A stretch of DNA of 63,508 nucleotides, filler included, from Octopus bimaculoides (Eukaryota), in assembly GCF_001194135.2 (NCBI RefSeq). It is 5 parts of 5 records of this genome, joined end to end, with 100 filler letters (N's around TTAATTAATTAA, not from the genome) between each part and the next. Parts side by side here need not be neighbours in the genome. Positions count along the whole stretch, not along the records: positions 49,807 to 61,388 come from NC_068982.1; positions 61,489 to 63,508 come from NW_026410528.1; 3 more parts are not named here. The stretch is one strand, 5' to 3'. The notes beneath the pieces are model-generated. The model saw nothing but the letters and a program-made list of their open reading frames with translations. It did no database searches and was not told where the DNA came from. Position numbers and translations under genes: made by a program. Positions 50,853 through 63,508 of this stretch are shown here, in pieces. Every line of letters starts with the position of its first letter. The stretch's first letter is position 1.

Positions 50853-50915
50853 CCAGGTCACCAGCTTAAGCAATCACGCCAGGTCACCAGATTAAGCAAT
50901 CAAACCAGGTCACCA
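50853..50915. repeat. 26-bp tandem repeat, about 2.4 units
   Basis: ccaggtcaccag(c/a)ttaagcaatca at 50853, 50879 and partially at 50905. Confidence 0.85.
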
Positions 50916-51109
50916 TGTATTTGAGGAAGCCCTATTAAGTGATATAAACACAGAATTATTCCTGACTAAGATACTAACCAAGTAAATTACCCACATAATG
51001 TTTTCTAAACCATCTGTCGTTACACGATTTTTAAATCTTTAGAATGGACTAGCAAACTTCTCTCTCTCCACTCTCTCCACTCGCTCTCTCTATATATTTA
51101 TGTGTGTGT

Positions 51110-51290
51110 CTGGACTTCTCTCTGTCTCCTGGTTTTGAAGAAGAGCTTTACTCGAAACGTAAAACACCATTTCCCTCCTTCTCTGAACGTCTTATTAATA
51201 CTTTTATGTACAACGTCCTTGCGTTGTTTTTTTTGTCTTTTTTCTCCGTTTTTTGATTTATTATATATACATATATATGTATTAAATATA
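51110..51290 (+). mobile_element. Short hammerhead-bearing element, subfamily alpha, copy 2 (motif 51132-51166)
   Basis: GUUU-UGAAGA-A-GAG(CUUUA)CUC-GAA-ACGU-A-AAAC. The core lacks one base relative to CUGAAGA. Confidence 0.75.
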
Positions 51291-51389
51291 TATATATATA
51301 TANNNNNNNNNNNNNNNNNNNNNNNNNNNNNNNNNNNNNNNNNGTGTATGTGTGTGTGTGCGTATGTGTGTATATATATGTGTATATGA

Positions 51390-51447
<58 letters not shown>

Positions 51448-51824
51448 GTATGTGTATGTGTATGTGTGTATTTATGTGTGTGTACTGAGAAACACATATA
51501 TGTGTATATACCATCGTCTCTCCATGTACATGACAATGTAAGCTCGCAGTTTGAAATGCAATTTCACATTTGTATTTTTACAAATATATGTCTAAAAATA
51601 TATTTGTGAGTATAAATGTATCAATAATGATCCTTGCATATTCATATACATTTCTACATGTGTATTTGTATGTCAGAATGTCTATTTATATATGCTGGCG
51701 CTTATACATTTTTGTACATTTGTGCACGTATGCCTAAATATGAAATATCATATACATACATATATGTATATCGCAACCAGGAGACATAGGGAAATCCAAA
51801 GTAAAAGTGGGAGCAAGATATATA

Positions 51825-52010
51825 TATTTATATTTTTTTCTCCTTGTTTCTCTCCTTATTTCTTTCTGTGTTCCTTTCAGTTGAAGAGCGTAGCTCGAAA
51901 CGTCAAAGACTTTCTCTATTCCCGAGCGTTAAACTAATACACCCATTTGTTGTTTACACCACCTGTCTTCGTCTGTTGTTTTTTTCGTAAATTCTCCTAT
52001 ATATATATGT
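51825..52010 (+). mobile_element. Short hammerhead-bearing element, subfamily beta (motif 51874-51908)
   Basis: CUUU-CAGUUGA-A-GAGC-GUA-GCUC-GAA-ACGU-C-AAAG: perfect stems I and II, degenerate core. Confidence 0.75.
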
Positions 52011-52034
52011 ATGTGTGTGTGTATGTGTATATAT

Positions 52035-52066
<32 letters not shown>

Positions 52067-52189
52067 CATCATTTAGAACAAGCAGTAAAAGGTTGTCATT
52101 ATAGTAACCGGGGCGAAGAGCTACGGTGCATTCTTGTCGGCTATAAATTCTTGTTATGTTCTATCGTTACTATATATTGCTCTTTGCTC

Positions 52190-52585
52190 TTTTGCTTGTT
52201 TCAGTCATTTGACTGCGGTCATGCTGGAGCACCGCCTTTAGTCGAGCAAACCGATCCCAGGACTTATTCTTTGGAAGACTAGTACTTATTCTATCTGTCT
52301 CTTTTGCCGACCCGCTAAGTTACGGGGACGCAAACACACCAGCATCGGCTGTCAAGCGATGTTGGGGGGACCAAACACATATACACAAATACACACACAT
52401 ACATACATATATACATATATACGACGGGATTCTTTCAATTTCCGTCTACCAAATCCACTCACAAGGCTTTGGTCGGCCCGAGGCTATAGTAGAAGACACT
52501 TGCCCAAGGTTCCACGCAGTGGGACTGAACCCGGAGCCATGTGGTTGGTAATCAAGCATCTTAACACTCAGCCGCTCCTGCGCCT
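52190..52585 (-). mobile_element. Type A SINE, full length
   Basis: Complete from the reversed tail ttgtttcagtcatttgactgcgg to the reversed head ctcctgcgcc. Confidence 0.95.
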
Positions 52586-52929
52586 ACACACACACACACA
52601 CGCACACACACATATATATGTGTGTGTGTTTGCATGTACATATGTTTAAATATACTTCCATATCGTACAACAATCGCAATTGCCGCAGGCATAACTCTAT
52701 GGTTCTGTATACACGTAGACTTCATTACAAAAGTCACTTTCACACTTCATGGTGTCACGTTCATCTTTGACAAAATATGTTTTGCTATAGCCCCAGGTGA
52801 CTAACTCTTTGTGAACGAATTTACCGTACGATGACTGAAACAAATCCACGGTATACACACACACACACACACACACACATACATATATACATGTGTGTGT
52901 GTTTGTGTGTGTGTATATGTGTGTGTGTA

Positions 52930-53885
52930 TAAGGTTGGAAATCAAACCAAATAGTGTGTATTAATGTACTCCAAATACCAGCTGGATTCAAATAGTATCT
53001 GACTTGATTTTTTTTTTGCGCCAAATCTAAAGCGCTGTGAGGAAAATGCATTGCATGGAAATTGAGATCACCTTTTCTGCGCATCCGGGAAACATTTTTT
53101 CTATTGGTAAGCCACGTAATTTTGCTGATGTTACGCCTAGAGTACAGAGCTATGGTACCCGCTGGTTGGGTTTTCGTTTTTAGTCAGCAAGACCGAACGG
53201 ATCATGCTTTAGCAAAAGCTTGGAGATACCCAAGCTCAAACGATCCAGAAGATTCATCAAGCTTTTGGCGACGATGTTTTGGGCAAAGCTCTGATTAAGA
53301 AGTGGTACAACCGCTTCAAACTTGACGGCACCTTAGTGTGGAGCGAGGCATGCTCAAGCAGCCTCTCCATTAGCCTCAGCGAGGAGCCGATTGACTAAGG
53401 TAAGGCGATAGTCACGAAAGACTGTTCTACAAAAATCCGGGTAAGTAGGAATAAGCACAAAATCAGTATATTCCATTTTAACGAAGAATGTTAGCATGCA
53501 GGGTATGTCGGCTGAAAAATAAGCTTGGATATATTTTGAACTCACCCCATAGTCCAAATTTTCTCAAAAACAACACACTACTTGTTCGACAAGCTCCTTG
53601 CTCTGCCGATTTCCCACCGTGTGACTTCTGGCTCTACTGAAACGAAACTCACGCTGAATGCGAAGCAATATGAGTCGAACATTGGAGATTATTCGAAATG
53701 CGATGGTGGAGCTACAGAGCATTCCAGAGTAGGTGTGCTAGAGGTGTTACCAGCAGTGACAAAACCACGAAGAGGAACGTGTGAACTCTCTAGAGGAATA
53801 TTTGGAAGGCGATAAATAAACAATTGTGAATTGTATAAAATGATTTTTAAAGTCCAAATGTCGGGTACATTTTGAACGCACCTCG
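52930..53885 (+). mobile_element. Internally deleted, decayed mariner
   Basis: KLGDTQAQTIQKIHQAFGDD...KKWYNRFK, then RQAPCSADFPPCDFWL and EYLEGDK*. Ends in tttgaacgcacctcg|TA. Confidence 0.85.
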
Positions 53886-54012
53886 TATGAGTGTTTATGG
53901 ATATTCACGCACGCACACACACACACAATCATACACACTACATACACACACATGCACATACGCACACGCAAATGCGTACATCCATACATACACATATACA
54001 TATATATATACA

Positions 54013-54077
<65 letters not shown>

Positions 54078-54222
54078 ACATACATACAGGCATGTTTACC
54101 AACACATATACACATATAAAGTTGAGAAAATTCATATACACCCATGAAGGATATAGATAATAATACAGGAGATTCTTTTTGCTTATAAGTACACACAAGC
54201 ATGCATACACATATGCATACAT

Positions 54223-54277
<55 letters not shown>

Positions 54278-54315
54278 NNNNNNNNNNNNNNNNNNNNNNN
54301 NNNNNNNNNNNNNNN

Positions 54316-54354
<39 letters not shown>

Positions 54355-56968
54355 TACATATACACACATAAACACATGCACATATATTATGAGCATCGGA
54401 ATGAAACTTGAAAGCAATTATACATAGAACATCTCTTGTCATCCATGAAGACAAGTATCATCGTAGTTTCGGCATGGTTAAAATCCAAAGACATCAAAGT
54501 TCTAGGTACTGCTCTCCAGTTGCACCAGTGATAGTTATTATTAATGGTGTGTTAGATGCTACAAAGTAAATGTCTTAGAAGGTTGCGGACAACAAAATAG
54601 GAAACGCAAAATGAGGACAGATACATGCTATGGATTTCAATATATATACATGCGTGTGTGTAAGTGTAGATGTACACGCTCGCCCGCATACACATTACAT
54701 ACACACACGTGCACACACAAACATACATACACATGAACCCCTACTCATACATATATATGTATACATTTACCAGGGCATGAAATATAAAACAAATTCACGG
54801 AAGTGTAGTGCGAAAGAAAAGACATAAAAGGCCTTTCGTCAGATTATAAGCAAAAAGAAGAGATACCAATGTAAGAACATTTGATCTCAGCTACACTATC
54901 GTTAGCTAAGACATACTGGAGTAAAAATATATCTGATGATTGTCCTGGCAATAGCAGCAGCAGGTTGTAAGAGAAGAGTGTATAACAAACGCGCAATGAT
55001 TGTGAAAGAAAGAAAAAAAAACCTAAATGAAAGAGAATGACAGGAAGATCAAGAAAGAAAGTAAGGAAATAGTAAGTGACTGTGGAAAAAATTCGAAAAA
55101 CAGTGAGGTGAAAGAGAAGGGTGAGGGAGAGACAGAGGTGAGAGAGGAAAATAGTTTATAGATGAATGATGATATTAGGATGCAGTGTGCGCTAGAAACC
55201 TAATAGTGAAAATCGAAATGTGATGTGGAAACGTATAAGGAAATGGGTAATTAAAAATAGAGCAACTCTCGTCACCCATGGAAATCTGAAGCAGTGTTTC
55301 GGCACTTTTAAGGTCCCAAGACTTTAAATTAAATTTAGTTTATATCACTGTGGTGATAGTCATTACAAAATAGAGGGATTAGAATGTAGATGATAATATC
55401 ATGTAAGTGAGAGTGGAAACTGCGTAACATATACATGTAATACAACTATTGCTATTGTTATTAAAATCACTACTTGCAGACTCACTCATCTGTACATGAT
55501 AAGTGTATAGCTAAATGCATAGACCCGTAAAAGCTAATATTTGCATATATATATTAGAAAAATGCAAATACATACACTCACATACATACACACGAATCCA
55601 CACACGCATAAATGCACAGATTAATTATGCAAGACCATATAAACTGTTTTTAAGACGTATATTTTTAATGCTCCAGTATATATATGGAACATTAAGAATA
55701 ATATATTGCATTTGAGGAAAGTGCAATGCTTAGGTAGAAGAACATACGGGAATATTGACATTCAGTTTTTATGTATATGATAGTAGGTATTTCCTTATAT
55801 ATATCTATTAGGTAGTTAATGTGTTACCTTTTGGTATAAATCAAGTGCATGAAGTATTTTCGCACCTACATGCAAGTATTAATCAGATTATAGATCAAGT
55901 ACGTTGGAAGAAGGTACTGATTTCAAGGAATTCAACGATACAGAGTTTACAGATTTCTCTGCTGCTGGAGCAAACTTTTTAGAAGGAAAGCATTTTCCGT
56001 TTGATAGCTGAACGTCCTTTCATAGGTTGGTATCTCTCTTTCTAATATATATGCAAAAGGAATGCCAGTGCTTATAAGTATTATCGTTACTGGTGCTGAT
56101 GTTGACATTTGCAGAATATATACAAGTTCTACTGCCAAACTAGTGTGTTTTAGGGAACAAAAAAAATAGAGTTAGTTCAATTGCACGGTTTTGAATTGAT
56201 GCTTGCTAAAATGTTATGCTAGTGTAACGCACTTCAGGTTAAGAAGGCTGTGATATTGGAGTGAAGGAAGAGAGCGTTTGTGAAATGCTTTAAGAAACGA
56301 TTGCAGGTCTCTGTAGATATATGCGTTTTGAATAGTAGGTGGTAACTTATATCGTTTCTGTGCTATTTTCGTGTGTATTGACATGGTAGTCGGGAAGATT
56401 TTGACTCTTACGAAGTATTCGACAGAATGGAAATTTTGCTGAGGGCTTTTCTTTAGAGGAATGTATGGAAAGTCTGCGTGAGCTGTTCGGCACTAAATTG
56501 GTGATGACACAAGAGAGGGCTTTGAAAAATATTCTTAATTTGTCTGTGTATTTCTTGACCGGTTTATATGTCGAGATTTCTATGTTTAAAGTCACAACGA
56601 GAAAGCTAACTGTATTGAGACATGCTACAGCAGTTATAAAAACCTGTTTACTTAAACGGATTATGGAATTCCTTTCTCTATCAGTTTGCGTTGTGAAGTA
56701 TGTACAAGTAGTCCGTCGTTGTACATTTCGTCTATTATGAGTTGGTAATTATTATACAGACTTTTAAAAATGTACAAGTCGATTACATCATTACCTTCAG
56801 TGTAATAATTGGAACCCATGCTTACATCAAAGTGCTCATTGTGTTTTTTTTTTCCAAGTGACATTGTTACGAGGAATCTTCTAGCTTGGAAGATTATTTT
56901 GTTTATAGCTTTTATTGCATTATCAATTTAGTATGGTTCATGCATACCTATTTACTTACACACTATAT

Positions 56969-57002
<34 letters not shown>

Positions 57003-57041
57003 CATACATACATACATACATACATACGTGTACCTACACAT

Positions 57042-57088
<47 letters not shown>

Positions 57089-59357
57089 AGGAGAGAGAGA
57101 GAGAGAGAGAGAAAGAGGGGGAGAAGGAAAGAGAGCAAACGAAAGTAAATAAAGGGAAACTCTCAAAATAAATTTATGAATTTGCTTATAAATATTTCAA
57201 TCTTGTGTCCTGAAAACCACAAGTACAAAAATGATGCAACCATGAAGTAAAAAAAAAAGCCTTGACAAATACTGCTACAAGCGAGAAATATAATGTTTTA
57301 TAACTTTGAACTGAGTACTTTCTTCTTTGTACTACTTTTACTGTTACAAGCACATACATATGCACATAGTCACATACCTCGGCAAATACTTTCTGAATTC
57401 TAAGAAGTATCCACTGCAATTTACATACGGGCTACACGCAATTGAAAACAACTCTAAGTATTATGAAATACATCCGGATTTATCTCCATGCCTTTCAAAT
57501 GTCAAATATAGAATTTGACACTGTAAAATATTATTATTCATTTATAATCTATATCAGGGCATTTATGATAGCTATGAAAGAACAGAAACAATAGCTCAGT
57601 GCTAAATTATTTATATTTACTTCCTTTCTTTTTCTAAAATCTCTTTTCATATTTTTCAAATGATACAAGCCCTTACATTATGTTTTTCCTTTCTAGGTTT
57701 TCGCTCTAAACATATCTGATACTAATATTTGGAGAGCCGTGTCATGACATAAGTGAAGCATTCTGTTATTGTGATCCATATATAATTTCCATAAATTTGT
57801 GCAATACCGGATAAGGTAAAGAAGATAATTAAAGCCTTATACCAAAATATGCAAACTCATTGCAGAATGATTAACTAATCTTCAGCTTTCAAATTATTAA
57901 CCGGCAATTACTGATTAATTGAAAATTCCTGCCGCCATTCCTATAATCTGACCAGAATAGATGTTTGCACGTAGACATAAAGGGACTGAATAAGACTCAT
58001 TTAAACCAAAATTAATGTTCTTCCGATCCTAAATTGAGATAATTTTTCTGTGACATTAACTTCCAAATCACTTTAAAAGATTTTATATTTGAATTTAATT
58101 ACAAAAATGTACTTCTCTCTTCCTAATAGACCAAGCAGATGTATAATCAAAGATCCCTGCTGTAACCATCCGATCATTCTAGGAGTGTTCAGAACCATCT
58201 TATCTAATGTCACCTTTCATTTTTATGGGGAGTGCTGCTCTTTCTAGTCAGTGGTGTGGCAGCAAACAAGTCGGCTTAATGCTGGCTGTTGAATGATTGA
58301 ATGCATGTGTATGTTTACATTATTTATTTACGAGAGTTGAGAATTTTGTACATGTTTGTAAAGTAGGATTAGTTGTAGGAAAGTGAGATCTAAGCAACTT
58401 TTTTTATTGACAATCCACTGGATTTACGGTCAGACAACCTGATCTCTGCCGCTACTAACAATTAAGATAAGTTTGTAAAATGACGGATAGATAGATGGGC
58501 ATAAATGATATTGTACATTATTTTATAATAATATTTTTGGCTTTTGCCTTGCATAACTGCATGAAAAATGCAACTCATTTACAGTACAGTCACAGAGTAC
58601 CTATACATACAAAGGCAAAACAAAAGAGTCTGTTGAATGTCAGAAAGATAGACGTGGCTTCCTTAAACGTGATCTGAACGAATTAGAGGAAATTCGTTAC
58701 TTTCACTTTCAATGAAGAAAAGCGTTCATGATCGATTCTCGGTCGCAATATGAAAATAAGAGTAAAAAAATACAGAAGCATGAACACGAAACAAGGGAAA
58801 AAATTCATTCACATCAGCATGTGTAGGACTCAAAAAAATTTCAAACTTACTGAGTAGATATAAAGTAGATATAAAGATATACACAACAAGGGAAAAAATT
58901 GTCGCTTCCAACTCGTCTCTCCATTCCTTTATGAATATACATTTATTTTTGATTTGTATATTTATATAGAAACATTCTTGAAAAAGATGGACATCTATAA
59001 TAAAATAAATATAAATAGGCCGTAAACTTGGCCGTTACATCAAAGACAGTTTCAAAACAAAAAGCATGCGATAAAAAAGAGTAATGAATATTAAGACAGA
59101 TGTTGATGATTTATTGTGATGATAGTCGTTCATAGTTTTTTCATAAGAATAGCAAGAAAAAGCTTTTCAAACATTACTGCTGCAGTTCAAAATCTACTTA
59201 CAGTACATACATACATACATACATACATACATACATACAAACATACATACATACACACACACATACATGCACACATACATGCATACATACATACACACAC
59301 ATACATACACAGATGTATGTCTATCTATCTATATATCTAGCTATCTATCAATCTCTC

Positions 59358-59481
<124 letters not shown>

Positions 59482-59529
59482 TGTATATCTTGAGTGTGTC
59501 TGTGTCTGTGTCTGTGAGCGTGTGAGTAT

Positions 59530-59850
59530 CTGTGTATGTAGTTGCTTTGTGACTAGATTGTTTCAACTTTAGTTCCACAGTGCGGCACTAGGGTAAGTGT
59601 ATACTATTATAGCCCCGGTTTGACCAATGCATTGTGTGTGCTTTTGGTAAGCGAAACTGTGTTGTGGAAGCCCGTCAGGTATATAGGCACAGACACACAG
59701 GTATGTGTGTGTGTGAGTGCGAGTTTGTCTTCTGAATTGACCAACTACGGTTGACCACAGATATTGCTTCGTTTAAGATCCCGTAACATAGTAGTTATCT
59801 AAAAAAGACAGATAGAATAAGTACCAGACTTCAAATATAAGTTCATGGGT
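59530..59850 (+). mobile_element. Old type A SINE
   Basis: gttccacagtgcggcactagggtaagtgt...gacagatagaataagtacc. Confidence 0.65.
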
Positions 59851-59924
59851 CAAAGCTGTGCGCGGTTGTGCAGTGAGAGCACGTGATAATGATGATGATG
59901 ATGAGGAGGAGGATAAGAAGAAGA

Positions 59925-60120
59925 AGAGGCTGTGTGGTAAGTAGCTTGCTTACCAACCACATGGTTCCGGGTTCACTTCCACTGCGTGGCACCTTGGGTA
60001 AGTGTCTTCTACTATAGCCTCGGGCCGACCAAAGCCTTCTGAGTGGATTTGGTAGAGGGAAACGGAAAGAAGCCCGTCGTATATATGTATATATATGTAT
60101 GTGTGTGTGTGTGTCTGTTG
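59925..60120 (+). mobile_element. Type A SINE 5' half, young-looking
   Basis: ggctgtgtggtaagtagcttgcttaccaaccacatggttccgggttc. Confidence 0.92.
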
Positions 60121-60169
60121 TGAATATATGAATAATAATAATAACATTGAAGATGATAATAATAATAAT

Positions 60170-60570
60170 CTTTTCTACTATAGACATAAGGCCTGAAACT
60201 TTGATGCGGAGTAGTCGATTACATCAACGCCGGTGTTTTACTGGTACTTAATTTATCGACCCTGAAATGATGAAAGGTAAAGTCAACCTCGGCGGAATTT
60301 GAGCTCAGAACAAAGCGACGCGCGAAATACCACTAAGCATTTCATCGAGCGTGTAAACGATTCTGCTAGGTCACCGACTTTAATAAACCTTTCTTCTAAA
60401 GTCACTAGTCCTAAATTTTGGAGGAGGAGATTACATAAACCTCAATGCTAAACTGATAGTTAATTCATCGACCCTGAGAGGATGAAAGGCAAAGTCGACC
60501 TTGCGGTGAAGACGAACGAAATGCCGCTAAGCATTTTCTCCGACGTGCTAACGATTCGGCCAGCTCGCTT
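60170..60570 (-). mobile_element. Two tandem type B SINEs (60170-60380 full, 60400-60570 deleted)
   Basis: atcgaccctga..gatgaaagg.aaagtc occurs twice in the same orientation. Confidence 0.85.
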
Positions 60571-60571
60571 C

Positions 60572-60612
<41 letters not shown>

Positions 60613-60703
60613 TAATAATAATAATTATAATAATAATAATAATAAAGATAATGATGATAATGATGATGATCATGATCATGATGATGATAGTGGTGATGCT
60701 GAT

Positions 60704-61261
60704 GATAAGTGCCCTGATGCAGCACTAGTCAGTGGCTCTCATGGCTTTTGATCTTAACTGACTGAAAGTGTTATCATATACATTGTATTGTTTTGGTATA
60801 AAAGATGGGTTACAACAAATATTCTGCTCAATACCACAGATTTGCCTTTCAGTTGTTTGACCTTAACCTGTTGAGCATGTCCCTTAGTGGCTGACGACAT
60901 GTGCATCTCTGATCACGAGCAGAAGTAATGGGTAAGCATCATACATGTATTGAGAAGAATTCTTTGGGTTTGGATAATTCACTTTTGGAAACATGGGTGT
61001 TTTGTTCAAGTTCCTTAAACAACCCTTATTCAGGGACTATTTGAGCGGGATAAGCAACTCGAACTGAAGAAAATCTAACTAGGCCCCACCTGCGAAGTCA
61101 TGCTTTGTTAATCTTGATATGAGCTCACTATGAAACGCACATATGGTTGTGATGCATGTGCTTGGTGTACCCTTATCAGACGGGTAGTCACGACGGGTAT
61201 ACTGGGCTTCATATATTTTATCCCAGTGTCACTTTGATGGCATGCACTGCTCTCTCACTCA

Positions 61262-61304
<43 letters not shown>

Positions 61305-61312
61305 TAATAATA

Positions 61313-61388
<76 letters not shown>
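60704..61388 (+). mobile_element. About 560-bp non-coding element ending in a long (AAT)n tail; probable non-LTR retroelement 3' UTR or SINE-like element
   Basis: Sharp GC-richer block between (GAT)/(AAT) tracts with no ORF. The 3' end ctctcactc runs into (AAT)n. Confidence 0.55.
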
Positions 61389-61489
61389 NNNNNNNNNNNN
61401 NNNNNNNNNNNNNNNNNNNNNNNNNNNNNNNNTTAATTAATTAANNNNNNNNNNNNNNNNNNNNNNNNNNNNNNNNNNNNNNNNNNNNT

Positions 61490-61620
61490 ATATAGTCAAA
61501 TCAAATAAACGAACAATAAAATTAACAATAACAAACAACAGCAAGAACACGTGTATTAGTTTGACGCTCAGTAAAGAGAGAGAGTTTTTAATGTTTCGAG
61601 CCTAGCTCTTCGTCGCAAAG
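61490..61620 (-). mobile_element. Short hammerhead-bearing element, subfamily beta (motif 61586-61620)
   Basis: CUUU-GCGACGA-A-GAGC-UAG-GCUC-GAA-ACAU-U-AAAA, followed by gagcgtcaaactaatac. Confidence 0.75.
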
Positions 61621-61916
61621 CACGTATCTAGTAACATATGTATACATACATACATATATACATATATAAAAAGTGGAGGAGAGAGAGATGGATATATATA
61701 TAAATATATATATATAAATAGGGAGAATTCACAAAAAAAAAATACAAATGCATGCACCTAAACGAATATATATAAATGGACGGCCACTTACATAAACAAA
61801 ACAAAGTACATGCAAAACCGTATATAAATATGCATAAGTACAAGCGCGCACTCGCAGACTCGTACAGACGCTCTTACGACCATACCAATATGCTGAAGTC
61901 CATAACCATACGCACG

Positions 61917-61955
<39 letters not shown>

Positions 61956-62233
61956 CGCACATACGCAAGCATGGCAATTTATCTCCCACCTGATAAGAAA
62001 ACTCCTGTGGATGACGGCTAATATTTCAGGAGTTTATTTTCGGCTGCAGCTTCACTTTTGCTTTTTGCTTTGATCACTGTGGCTCCATTCCAGGAAGGTG
62101 TTTCTTGCCGAATTGCCACGCAATATTAAACTTACACTATCTTATAGTTTTGTTTACCATGTGTGTATCTATACACAGACACACGCACAAACAGATACCC
62201 GCATATATTCAAATATGATATGTGGATATACAG

Positions 62234-62264
<31 letters not shown>

Positions 62265-62286
62265 CACACATGTATATATATATATA

Positions 62287-63145
62287 TATGGGATGCAATG
62301 GTTAAATTTTCACCGTTTTATATTTTGATTTTGTACATGCGCATTGTTTGATTTTGATTTTGCCGACTACACAGTATAGTAGGGTCAGTTAGGCACCGTC
62401 TGTGAGAAAAACAGCACCATGACGCAATTTACTCTATCAGAAATTTGGAAAAGAAATGCTGTACTGCTTGGCATTCGCGCCAGAAGCTCCCATACGAAAA
62501 TTTCAGAGTGTTTGGGTGTCAGTCTGAGGACATGTAACGAGAGTGATTGAAATCAAACATCCAGTCAACATCAAGGTGTTTGGAGTGGTTACTAGTGATG
62601 GCAATGTTATGCCTCCATTAATCTTCCCACATGGCCTCAGATTCAGCACGGAGGCCTACATTAAGTGCCTGGAGGAGAGATAGTACTGCTCTGGGTCAAG
62701 AGGGTGGCTGCTGGAAGACCCTATATCTGGCAACGGAACTCTACACCATGCCACAAAAGCAGGAGAACAGTCATAGCTGTCGGACAATTTCTGCGACCAT
62801 ATCACCCCTAACATCTGGCCACTTAACTCCCCTTGATTATTATGTGTGGGGTGCAGTTGAGCAAGAGACCAACAAGACTTCTTCTAACACCAAAGACAAA
62901 CTGAAGGTAAGGATTATGGCAGCATTCACCAACTTAAACAAAGAAACCGTCCAGAAGAGTTGCAAGAGATTCCGAAGTCGTCTGGAGGATGTTGTTGAAG
63001 CCAATGGCGATTTTATTGAATAAATTTACTCTTTAGTATTTCAAGATATTTTTATGTAATTTTGGTAAATACATTTGTTAAAATGGGATGTCAGTGTTAT
63101 TTTCATTTCTGCGTACATTAGTCAATATATTCACCGGACCCAATA
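62287..63145 (+). mobile_element. Internally deleted maT/mori (DD37D-like) transposon
   Basis: ATG at 62419 gives MTQFTLSEIWKRNAVLLGIRA. Later frameshifted pieces read KHPVNIKVFGVVTSDGNVMPP, HITPNIWP.NSP and DYYVWGAVE...RSRLEDVVEANGDFIE*. Imperfect terminal repeats. Confidence 0.88.
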
Positions 63146-63203
63146 TTCATACATATTCATACATACATATTTATATATACAATATTCCATATTCATACAT
63201 TGT

Positions 63204-63236
<33 letters not shown>

Positions 63237-63465
63237 CACAGACACACATATATATATATATATATATACGTACGCATATACACATATATAAGCATACTTA
63301 TACAGGAACATGATCATGTGTACTTCCATATATACATATATATGTATTTACATGTGTGTGTGAGTGTGTGTGTATACATATATATTTGCTTTATATTAAC
63401 ACATACTCTGCATATGTAATTATACTGATATATGTGTATATACATATGTGCGTATGTGTATGCAT

Positions 63466-63508
<43 letters not shown>

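Noticed and set aside
57378-57520. Minus-strand exon with canonical acceptor and donor
   Set aside because: All three frames contain stops over the 143 nt, and the shorter alternative needs a weak acceptor. Not supported as CDS.

Overview
AT-rich, microsatellite-saturated, gappy eukaryotic DNA. The SINE families, microsatellite density and Tc1/mariner, R4/Dong and Penelope relics point to an octopus genome (inference). No complete or nameable host gene is visible, and most ORF-track entries are translations of microsatellites or N-runs. The window is mostly decayed mobile elements: more than 25 SINE copies of about 5 types, five mariner/maT relics, a fold-back DD35E Tc1, a MITE, three R4/Dong LINE pieces, a CR1 piece and Penelope pieces. 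Four candidate plus-strand exons are present (15645, 16775, 33491, 50436). The best novelty lead is a dispersed family of short non-coding elements carrying minimal type-I hammerhead ribozyme folds. There are five copies, plus a related long-stem-II fold at 332-411. Their helix sequences differ but still pair, stem III is palindromic, and several share a non-canonical C at core position 4. Other leads are repeated fold-back/inversion structures in transposons, an R4 LINE split by an inverted copy of its own 3' tip, a triple inverted SINE cluster and a perfect 34-bp hairpin. Coordinates were read by eye and element edges are approximate.
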